Shown here in pieces: positions 1 through 9,850 of a stretch of DNA of 64,000 bases. Within the stretch, counting starts at the first letter, position 1; the number at the start of each line of letters is the position of its first letter. The notes under the pieces are model-generated. The model saw nothing but the letters and a program-made list of their open reading frames with translations. It made no database searches and had not been told where the DNA came from. A program made the position numbers and the translations under genes. This DNA comes from Macrostomum lignano (taxonomy: Eukaryota): the NCBI GenBank assembly GCA_002269645.1, contig NIVC01003844.1:1-64000 (forward strand). Reading direction: 5' to 3'.

Positions 1-1741
1 GGAAAAATGTTCTTGAGGTTTGGAAATCCCCCAAAAAAGTTAGCTGCATTCTAAAAATGTAACAAATATATTTGGATTCCTCAATTAGATTTTGCTAATC
101 CGTTTCATATAATCCTCTCTTTTACACCCTCATGCTGGCACCTCGTCAAGGACCTTTGGTAGGTAGACAAGATACGACTCTGTACTGAGTTTACCGACTC
201 TCTCATCTCATACATGTATTTATTGTAGGTACAGTGGTACACCCCAATAATCATGACGCAACTCATGCTCAAATTCACTCGATGCAGGACTTTTATTTTC
301 GAAAATATCAGTGCCGGGAGACCCCGACGCTAATGCGTTTGCTTGAGGGCCACTTGCAGAGATGCAGCTCAGACGTTGGAAAGAATTTTTTTTCTATTAA
401 AGTACGAAAAATTGGCAATGCGACCAGTAACTTCCCCTTCGCCTAACCATAAGACAGACGGGTGGGATTTTTCATTCACTCTGCCAAGCTAAAAAATCTT
501 TCTCTATGGGTTTTTCACGACAGACGTTCTTGATCGACGAATAGAACCCACGTCTCCTTCATCCGTGAATGCAACACACTATTAATGCTACGATATTTTC
601 TTACACAAAATCCCACAGTGAAAGATAAACAAAATTAAACAAGTTTCAGAGGAGAGACTGTTCGGAAAGAGAATAAGGGCCCGTTCTATAAAGCCATCGT
701 AAGATAAGATCGTTCTTAGCTACCATCTCCGCAGTGTAAAAGTTCCGGCGTACGATCCAACTTACGCAACGACAGCTTTATAGCTACGCCCCCTAAATGT
801 TTGTGTAGTGAGTGTGTATTTTTACTTAATTCAATGAAAAAACAATGGAGTTTCTGCGAACTGAGTTGGAAATTACTATAATAGTAATGGTATTGCGCAA
901 CAGAATTAAGAACTGTATGACAACGGGAATTCTGCTTAAATTGAACACAATAGGAAAATTGAAGTTATTAAGCGCTGAGGCCTCTTAACTCGCCATTTAT
1001 TTTTTTAATCCAAGTACTAAGTCACTAATTGTCTCACTGCCAAATGATCTTTCCTGTTTTTTCTGATATCCCCAACTCAACTAACTCAGTTTGGGATAGA
1101 ATTTCGGGATACTCCAAAACGCTTGTATTTGGAATCGTGTACAAGCGTATTCTAGCGAGAAAACCAGAGAACACGAGCGAAAGAGTGAAGAAATTTGGGG
1201 GAAATCGTAGTGAATTTATAGGCACAGTGCGGAGGTGAGGAGAGTGTGCGCGGGGCAGACAGCCTAACAAATTATAGTTTAATTTTTTAAACAGTTTGAG
1301 TTCCCGTTGCCGTTTAGGACCCGAGAACCGGCAGGATGTCTCAGTTGGTCTGTAAATGAGAGTTGAGTTGTTCATCGGCATGCAATAGGGAATCGAGGAA
1401 CAGGAGGTAGCATCTACACAGCATTTGCTACTTGGGTGGTAAAGACTAAACTGATTTCAAACGAGTGGGCATGCACTCTTCGCACATCTCATTGAGTTTC
1501 TATCGTCAGTCATATGAAGTCGCTCATGATTGTAATTTGCACTACCCAGTGCCAATAAATTCTGTTAGAAAAAAAACAAATTAAGCTAACGACCATAATC
1601 GGAGTTTTGGGCCAAGAGTGCCAGACCTTGTCGCAAATTGTAAACAGGAGAAAAGCTAAATGATTCTAAATGATGAAGAGAATCTTACATGGCAGCGCCG
1701 CGCGAAAAATCAAGACGAACAGCACCATCGCAATGACGCCA

Positions 1742-2319
1742 TTATTCCAGCGTCAAGTCCGGCCTTGAACTGCCACGGCAGCTGCGCCCTGTCAAAACTC
1801 TCTGTATGCTCTCAGTAGAATTCCAGCAGTTGCTGCAGAGCCAGTTGTAGTCTTTACCACTCGCCTCCAGCAGCTGCATCAGCGTGACGTCAGTGTTTTT
1901 GATCTTTACTGGCCTGACAACCCGGAAGTTAGGAGGCAGATTCTTGCCGATCTTCACAATGCGGCTGCCCTTTTCGCCACCGATGCGGTGCAGCTCCTCC
2001 ATGTGATCCGGCGCTACGCCTGTTCGTAAATGGTTCAGTAATTGTTGCAGAACGAGGATATATTTGTAAGTTCTATCCACTATACTACTATGTATTATGT
2101 CAATTATCACAGTTGCAACAGTCAAGCACTTTTAGAGGCCACAATGGGCAGCACTCACCCTTTTCGATCAGGTATTTTTGGCCATCGGCTGTGGTGACGC
2201 ACGCACCCCTCATGAGGAACTTTGTGGCCGGACGCTTGGTCCGGTCGCTTGGTATTGAGTGGTCGCTCGACAACCACGAATTCAACGACTATCTTCTGCA
2301 GCTCGTCATGCGCGGTCAT
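1742..2319 (-). pseudogene. Copy A of a tandem family of small permuted papain-like (NlpC/P60, LRAT-like) proteins; exons 2319-2159 and 2019-1742; 1-nt insertion just after the His motif
   Basis: The phase-1 intron AAGG|GTGAGT...TACGAACAG|GC joins MTAHDELQKIVVEFVVVERPL...PHEGC(fs)VVTTADGQKYLIEKG to VAPDHMEELH...GKDYNWLCSNCWNST. His followed by Y-x4-NC is the permuted catalytic order. There is an extra base near 2199 relative to copy B. Confidence 0.6.
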
Positions 2320-3205
2320 AATTGCGAGGAATTTGTATTGTTTCTTTACTTTCTGCTGCTGTAGTATGGAGCTGTGAAAGTAGCCGAGCGCGCTCCTAAA
2401 CTGGTTAATTTAACAAGCCATTTATCATTAGGTTTACTCTCTAATAACAAGGAACTTACTCATCGACTGGTGTCCGCTGCAGACCAAGCACCCTGGCATT
2501 ACTGTACAGTTACATTGCGCACTTCAATACGCGCGCGGGATTGTACACTGTCCAAAATGTACTTGTCTGGGCTTGAATGTAATTTCAGCTAGTATGAATT
2601 GTACACTCACTGTTCAAAACGTAGGAGAAGGTGGAACTTCACTTCTTTCTTTTTTTCTTGTTTTCTTAGCATATGGTATACAGTGCAATGCCTAATCTTC
2701 ATCTGCAATCTACATGTATAACCTAAAACTGTGCTAAATCCGAATTTTTTCGGCCTTGCGTGGAATTGACGCTACTGGCTTAAGACATTTTCTTAATACA
2801 TTTTCGACGCATGAAAAAGTTTTTTATCGTTGGTAAATGGAGCCTCTGCATAGTGTACTCATATCTCATTGGCTCAAAGCTTTAGATTTGTTTTTAAGCG
2901 TTCTTCGGTTGCAGCATCATTTGCCTTTCTAAAACATATTCTTATATAGCAATACTGCCAAATAAAGTGCAATAAAGCCTTTTGAAACACTTTTTTTGCT
3001 CATGCTTAGTCTTTACTGACGTAGTAGCGCCGCTTCTTAATAATTTTGTTTATTCTTAAGGTATGGATAAATAAGAGGGAAACAGATAATCGCAGGACAG
3101 GGCTCGCACAAATTTGAGTGACACCTGCATTAGTACTGCAGTTTTATTAAACTAAAGCGGCAAAGAACCATTCATTTTAATAAGCTTGCCTGGGGACCGC
3201 ATTAA

Positions 3206-3560
3206 AGGGCCCTGTCAACTCATAAAGTGGAGCCCGAGTAACCTATGCACACAAATGATACAGTATGTCATTCTGCTCACAATGACACTAGGAAGCTAGT
3301 TTTGGCAAAATAGCGACGAAAATTTGACTTGGGATAGGGTAAAACAAGCAAAAGCTGATAATAGTGACTCTACTTTATGAGCTTAAGTTGACATAATAGT
3401 AAATAGTTCCTTAATTATCCCCTTGCTTATTCTTCCAAGTCCAATTTTGTCGCTTTTTGCCAAACCCAGCTTCCTAGTGTCATTGTGAGCTGAATGGCAT
3501 ATCATTTGTGTGCATAGGTTACTCGGGCTCCACTTTATGAGCTTAAGCTGACAGGCCCCT
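3206..3560. mobile_element. MITE with about 130-bp imperfect TIRs and TTAA target duplication (Kolobok/T2-type termini)
   Basis: TTAA (3202-3205) + AGGGCCCTGTC...GACAGGCCCCT + TTAA (3561-3564); long inverted arms; no ORF. Confidence 0.8.
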
Positions 3561-4278
3561 TTAAACCGATGGCGACTGTTGGGAAAAGTTTGCTTTCATT
3601 CAAGTGACGAAAATTTGCAACAAAACACTGGGATTTCCCCTTCAATTTACTAACCAAAATCTTAACTTTTATAAATTTTCGCACCTGTGCGGACTGTATG
3701 TTGCGGATTTTCGACACGATTGAAACGTGTTTAAATATCTGTTTGTTTATGGTTCTTCCTCCGTAGACAGTTACCCCAGTTTAATTATCGTATAAGAACA
3801 AGTATAAATAGAAAAACGTACAGATTTGGGAGCTGACTAAAAAATGTCCAAGGGATTTTGGTCACAGCACAATTGCGTAATCAGACAACATTCAGAGACA
3901 AAAAAGGAATCCCTCGAGTATGAGTGGGCCGAATGTATTCTTAACGATGATATAACTTGGATACAAATCCTATATACTAAAATTGAATCTATGCTAGTAG
4001 TGACAAAAACGAGGGTTTTCAGTTTAAAGTAAGTTAAACAGCTTTGTTTAAACAGTTAGAGTTCCCGCAGCCGTTTAGGACCCGATCGAGAAGCCGGCAG
4101 AGTCCCGATGTCTCACCGGCGCTGTAAATGAGAGTTGAAGTTGTTCAGCGGCATGCAATTGGGAATCGAGAAACAGGGGATACCGTCTACAGAACATTTG
4201 CTGCCTTATTCACATCACTCACTCTCCCGAACTTCTTCGTCAGCCAGTGGGCACACTGTGCAGCTCTTGGGTCGGCTC

Positions 4279-4989
4279 TCATGAATGACTAATTGCACTA
4301 AGCCCCATTGACAAAATTCGTAAGAAAGCCAACCTTGGGGACTTTGAGAATGATGCAAGCACTTCTCTGGCCAAATTCGACATTTTGTGACTGTGAAATC
4401 TTACCGCGAAAAAGCTGAGCAACCCGGCCATAATGAATTTAACTGCACCAATTCCGGCCTGTGACTGCCACGACAACTGCGACTCCCCTGTCACAACTCT
4501 CTTCATGCTCTCAGTAGCATTCCAGCAGTTGCTACAGAGACTGCTGTAGACTTCTCCGCTCGCCTCCAGCAGCTGCATCAGCGTGACGTCAGTGCGTTTG
4601 ATCTTTATTGGTTTGACAATCCGGAAATTAAGAGGCAGCTCCTTGCCTATCTTGACAATGCGGCTGCCCTTTTCGCCACCGATGCGGTGCAGCTCCTCCA
4701 TGTGGTCCGGCGCTACGCCTGTTCGTCAGTGTTTTGTTAAATTTTTAAAAACCAAGATAATTTGGACAGTTTTATCCATTATTTATTTATTTATCACAGT
4801 TGCAACAGTCAAGCAGTTTAGAGGCCACAATATGCAGCACTCACCCTTTTCGATCAGGTACTTTTGACCATCGGCGGTGGTGACCACGCACCCCTCATGA
4901 GGAAATTTGTAGCCGGACGTTTTGTCCGATCGCTTGGTACTGAGTGGTCGCTCGACAACCACGAATTCAACGACTATCTTCTGCAGCTC
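4279..4989 (-). pseudogene. Copy B of the permuted papain-like family; exons about 4989-4845 and 4718-4279; start codon region lost
   Basis: Same intron position and phase as copy A. Reads ELQKIVVEF...FPHEGCVVTTADGQKYLIEKG|VAPDHMEE...GEVYSSLCSNCWNATE followed by hydrophobic IGAVKFIMAGLLSFFAV. The 5' side is fused to copy C exon 2. Confidence 0.6.
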
Positions 4990-5453
4990 CAAAATATAAG
5001 CAATTGCATCAGAGAGATGTTGGTGTTTGACATTTTTTTCTGCGACGACCTCGAAGCCAGAAGGCAGCCTTTTACCGATGTCTACGATGCGTATTTCACC
5101 AATGCGATGCAACTCTTTCATTTGGTCCGGCGCTACGCCTGTTCGTTAATGATTCATTAAATTTTATAAAAATAGTTTGTTTTAGATTTAGTTGGTTCCT
5201 ATCAGTAATAGCAACAAAAATAGGCTGACACTCAGTTAAAAAATTCTGCGTCACAGGGCGCATCTCAGAGCCAGGGCGCGAACGTAGTCCGGGCCACCAG
5301 GGACCGTAGCCTGGTGTGGTCCAGCGCGGCGCTCTTACATGCCCGCGGACCAGACTCAATTCCAAATGCAGTAGTCACAAGGAATGTATTGTTAGGCCTA
5401 AATTTGAATCTCGGCTTGGCTGTGTTCGTGCAATTAATGTCTAGACGTTCAAC

Positions 5454-5535
5454 TCCCAAGGCCCAGTGAAGTGTACATTCCTAACGATAAATAAAGTTAG
5501 AGCCTCTCTACACTCCTGTTTGAGTGTGTGCCTGG
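5454..5535 (+). repeat. Dispersed repeat of about 80 bp; second copy inverted at 54783-54863
   Basis: CCCAAGG-C-CAGTGAAGTGTACAT-CCTAACGATAAATAAAGTTAG...TACACTCCTGT-TGAGTGTGTGCCTG is shared by both sites. Confidence 0.75.
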
Positions 5536-5744
5536 ACGTCTGACATCGACGTACGACGTAGTTCGTCAGGGCGCCTGTCGGAGTGTGACAGGGCGCCCAA
5601 GTTTCAGCCTCTAATAAAAAGTCCGTCAGCGCCTCCGCGTAAAATTTTTAATTTGATGTCGCCCGGCCCACAGAGCCCGATGGACTTCTCAGTGTTGATC
5701 ACAAGCCCGACAATCGACTCTACAGCGACCAGTCGGTCGACCAG

Positions 5745-5810
5745 TCAGCAAACAGTTGAGGACAGCAGGGCGAGATCGTCGGCGTAGCCTAACAGGCTGA
5801 GCCGTCTCCG
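5745..5810 (-). mobile_element. Tiny LINE reverse-transcriptase remnant inside the expanded intron of copy C
   Basis: Translates LLGYADDLALLSS (RT catalytic motif) only. Confidence 0.35.
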
Positions 5811-7348
5811 GTTGGCGTCGACCCACTCTTTGCCGCAGCAGAAAGCCGCATTGGTCGGAGAGAGCAGTCCGCAGCACCCAGTCAAGCAGCAGAACAAGAG
5901 GAACGGCACGAACTTATTACTTTGGGTTGCGGCATTTACTTGCACCGATATCCAAACAAGTTAAGACGAATATTATCAATAATAATAATTATCATCCTTA
6001 CAGTTACTATATTCAAGCAATTTAGAGATTAAATTTTGCAGTGGCTTTTACTCACCCTCTTCGAACAGGTACTTTTCGCCGTCCGAGGTGGTGACCACAA
6101 ATCCTTTATAATGACCTTTGTAGCCGGACATTGGGTCCGGTTCGGGAGTTGTTCCTCCCTGCCTGGCAGATTACAGAAAATATGATCGGAACTTATAATA
6201 ATCGGAATCTAAAAATAGTTCGCCAAATAAATTATGTCAAAATAATCACAGTTGCTACATTCAAGCAATCTAGAGATTAAAATTTTGCTGTAGCTCTTAC
6301 CCTCTTCGATACTTGGCCATCCATACTTATAATGATCTTTGTAGCCGTACATTGGGCGAGGGAAATGATGCTCCTGCCAATACCGGTAATTATCATAGAA
6401 ACCTAAAAATGGTTGGCCAGATAAATGTGGTTCATCCCGTTTATGCTCTGAAGGCTTAACGGACGCAATTTTAACGACTGTCTTCTGTAGCTCGGCAGAC
6501 ATGGCCATAATTATTCCGAGTAAAAATACTAGAGCCCTAGGAGTAAGTGATCGCGCTTGTAAACTGGTTGATTTAACAAGCCATTTATCCTTAGCTTTAC
6601 TGCCTAATAATATGATACTTACTCATCGAGTAACGCGTACTGCAACCCACGTCACTCTTGCGTTACTGCTCACAATGGGATGTACAATTGCTGTACGTGG
6701 GCAATCTTCAATACGTGCGCGGGACCGTACTGTCCAGAAGTGAACTCGATGAAGTGTTTGGGCTTGGATGCTGAGGGCTCAGTGCACACGTAAATGCCAA
6801 GTGCACGGTGTAAAATACTCATAGATGCATTGACGTACACTCACTGTCCAAAAGGTAGCAAAAGTGGAAGTTCATTTTTTTCGTTATTCTTGTTTTCTCA
6901 GTATCTGGTACAGTGCAACATCGAATTTTCGTCTAATGCGAGAGTCGCACACGTTTCGTCTTCGCTGCTCAGTCTCACAGGCAGCTATGCAAGATGTTGC
7001 GATAAAAATTGCTGCCTTGCTCAAACAAAAACTGACACTACTAAAATAGCAAAGCGGTTCGGCAAATTCAGATCAAAGATGGCGGCGGCAAAATACAAAG
7101 AAAAATTTTCCGCTGATGCTGGTTCGCCTCGCTGCTGGGACTGGCAGCCACGAGCAAAAAAGATGCAATCACTGAATTCTCAGAAGCACCGCTTTCGCCT
7201 AAAATCTACCCCATTCCGGCTGCTCAATCGATGCAGCGATACCAATCGTTTCATCATTATTTTTCAGCATAAATGCATCGATTCTTTCCTGAAATCCCCA
7301 GCTACAAACCAACTGAGAACAGCAGAGTCTCCAAAATATCCGCTCACA

Positions 7349-8360
7349 ATGTCGCACGGCACTGTCAACTCGCTTCTGTCGCTGTGTCTCTGCCTTCCTG
7401 CCTTCGGTCTCGCCCAAGAGTCAACGAGCAAAATAACGGTCTGGGATAGGTGGTTCGACAGTCTGAGCGAGTACTCGACTCTGCTGAGCATCTCCGTTCC
7501 CAGCAATGTCTTATGTCTGATGAAAGCCAGTCTGAGTACCGCGGACGCCGCTGACTTCTCGGAGGAGGACGGACTGTGCCGCCTCTACCGGTGCCGATGG
7601 GGGCCGTCCGGCTGCAGGAAGTGCCGATACGTCTCGCAGGGAGCGCGGCTGTGGGTGAGGCCAGACGGATGAAAATTCAGTAGCTGTGCTGCTGAGGTTT
7701 GGGTAGCTGGGCATTCCTGACCATTGCGGTCATTTCGCTCTCTCATTTCAGCTCAGACGGCCGACACATCTGGACCGAAAGTTCTGTTGGCGCACCTTCC
7801 AGCACCGCGTCGACGGTTCCGTGCGGTTCGATCGCAACTGGGCCGAGTACCAGGCCTCGTTTGGCCAGGACGAGCACCGCAACTTCTGGCTGGGCCTGGA
7901 CACCATCCACGCCGCCACCGAGGATGGACTGCGCCGAGTCCGCTGGGAGCTGAGAACGTGGCAGGACCAGCCGTTCTGGGCCGAGAACGAGCGCTTCCTA
8001 GTCGCCGGCTCCGACAAGCTGTACCGACTGCTGCTCGGACCGCTGGAATCGAGCCTCTCCTCGATGGGGCAGTGCAGCTTCACGGACATGAAGTTTCTCA
8101 ACAATCAAAGCTTCTCCACATTCGACATGGACAACGACAACAGCAGTGTCAACTGTGCGCGAGTGTACGACGGAGGCTGGTGGTTCAACAGTTGCGCCTG
8201 CTTCAACCCGAACGGTCTGTACTACCAGTACCCGGATGCGTACAACAAAAGTGCTACGGACAGCCAGGGGATCTACTACTTCTGGCCGGGAGCGCCCTAT
8301 CCGTTTCGCTATGAGCATTCAATGAAGGAGTTCGAGTGTCTGTTCACGGATTTTATTTAA
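7349..8360 (+). CDS. Secreted fibrinogen-related domain (FReD) protein, about 304 aa: signal peptide, Cys-rich PAN/apple-like region, FBG domain; exons 7349-7654 and 7752-8360
   Basis: Phase-0 intron TGG|GTGAGG...TTTCAG|CTC. Exon 2 reads WRTFQHRVDGSVRFDRNWAEYQASFG...FWLGLD...FSTFDMDND...NCA...GGWWFNSCACFNPNG. The N-terminus MSHGTVNSLLSLCLCLPAFGLAQ is hydrophobic. Confidence 0.9.
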
Positions 8361-9439
8361 TGAGCCACCTTGAGGAGATTTCGGTCGCTTATCATTTTTG
8401 ATGCATGAGCAGAACATTTTATCTTTGAAAAATCGGGCCTCTGCAGTGTACGCTCGTACTCGTATCTCAGTGACTGAAAACCTTCAAAATTTATTTTCGA
8501 TTGCAGCTTCACTTGCCTCTCTAAAATATATACTCTTGTAAGGCAATACTTCAGCCAAAAAATTATTGCATCCGCCAGCTTGTGCTTCAGTATCCGTGAA
8601 GACTGAGCAAGGGTAGCGTCAGCTCGAGACGGGATTGGGTTAGGAGGTGTTGTCTTTGCTGGTTCCACTGCTGTGTGAATACGACCAGATGATAGTTAAA
8701 TGTGTGATACTCTCGTATAACGATAAGCAAATCGATCAAGAGGTCCGCAGACCGGAGCTCAAAACCTTTATGTAGTTTTTTCTGCTCTTCGTACACGGAA
8801 GAAGCAAATGAGCCTGCTTACTTGTAATGACTATGATGAACTTGACTTGATAATTTAGAGTTTATTTTTGCGTGCATCGTGAACTGAGAAAATAAAGGTA
8901 AAACATAAACAATATACAATATAGCCATATTCGTATGACATGCAAACGGGTAGCAAAAATCAACTCATTCTTCGACCGCCGGGGTTCTTCATCGACCCCC
9001 AGTTGATTCTTCATCAACTTCATCGTCATCAGTGAACTCTTTCAGCATCAGTTGCAATGAGTGCAAACAGTAGTGCTATTAATATAAATATTACAACGAA
9101 ACGTTAATGTTACTTTTAAAACCACGAGAGCCAGAGAACCGTGATTCGAAAAGTATATTTTTAGTGTGTGCAGTGCCTCTATAGACAAAATAATTTATAC
9201 CGTGTTGGTCCATCAATAGTAGAAACGGTCTTAGATTAAAGAAATTGAGGTGAAGAAAAAAGTTATAATCTTAGATTAGAGAGTTTTCAATTGGTCAAAG
9301 ATGTTCATCATAGCAGCCTTTCTACCCATAGGAAATACCGGAGATGGCGAGTCACCCAAAACCACCTTTAAGAACGCATCTACGGACTCTCGAGACATCG
9401 GCATTCGCAGTCGGCTTCAATGTTGCATTATCCATCAGA

Positions 9440-9850
9440 TCACAGGTCAGGAGCAGCCGGGGTTGAGGCGACAGTCTGCAGCTGCGAAGCCCGGGAAACC
9501 GGAGGAGCTCGGCTCGACATCCGGGATCCGGAGTTGGCCGAGTAGCGGCTGCGGCGGCTCCTGTCCGAGCGGCAGAGCAGCGCGTCCACGAGCTCGTCTC
9601 GGAACTTTTTGCCGCTGAGCACGTACATGAAGAAGTTCATCGTGTGGTTGGAATACACCAGCACGTCGGTTGCTGCAGAGGCCAACTCTTGGCAAGCTGG
9701 AAACGGACTGTAGCTCGGCCAGTACGGAGCCGAGATGTACATTGACATGCTCGGCGTGATCAGCACAACGTACATCAGCGTCACCAGCAGCATCATGCGG
9801 GTCATGCTGCTGTTTGTGTCATCGGCCGACTGCTTTTGCTGCTGCTGCTG
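9440..9850 (-). pseudogene. Rhodopsin-class (peptide-receptor-like) GPCR, end of ICL3 through TM6, TM7 and C-tail, separated from its upstream part by a LINE
   Basis: MTRMMLLVTLMYVVLITPS (TM6); DVLVYSNHTMNFFMYVLSGKKFRDEL (TM7 and helix 8, NFxxY variant). Confidence 0.8.

Larger units (their letters stand above)
4999..6508 (-). pseudogene. Copy C of the permuted papain-like family; duplicated exon-1 pieces (6508-6301 and about 6162-6056), expanded intron, exon 2 (5138-4999) truncated before the NC motif
   Basis: MAMSAELQKTVVKI... and SGYKGHYKGFVVTTSDGEKYLFEEG| are homologous to exon 1 of A and B, with GT donors at 6300 and 6055. The acceptor at 5139 and intron flanks match A and B. Confidence 0.55.

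Noticed and set aside
781-794. GCTACGCCCCT, a hAT-MITE-like terminus
   Set aside because: No partner end or TSD found in the window.
1815-5160. Plus-strand paralogous readings ending in RRYACS
   Set aside because: Antisense of the minus-strand exons; splice sites, phase and catalytic motifs support the minus strand.
6794-7348. N-terminal 185 aa of the 292-aa ORF
   Set aside because: Overlaps the non-coding duplicated block; the signal-peptide-like start at 7349 fits better.
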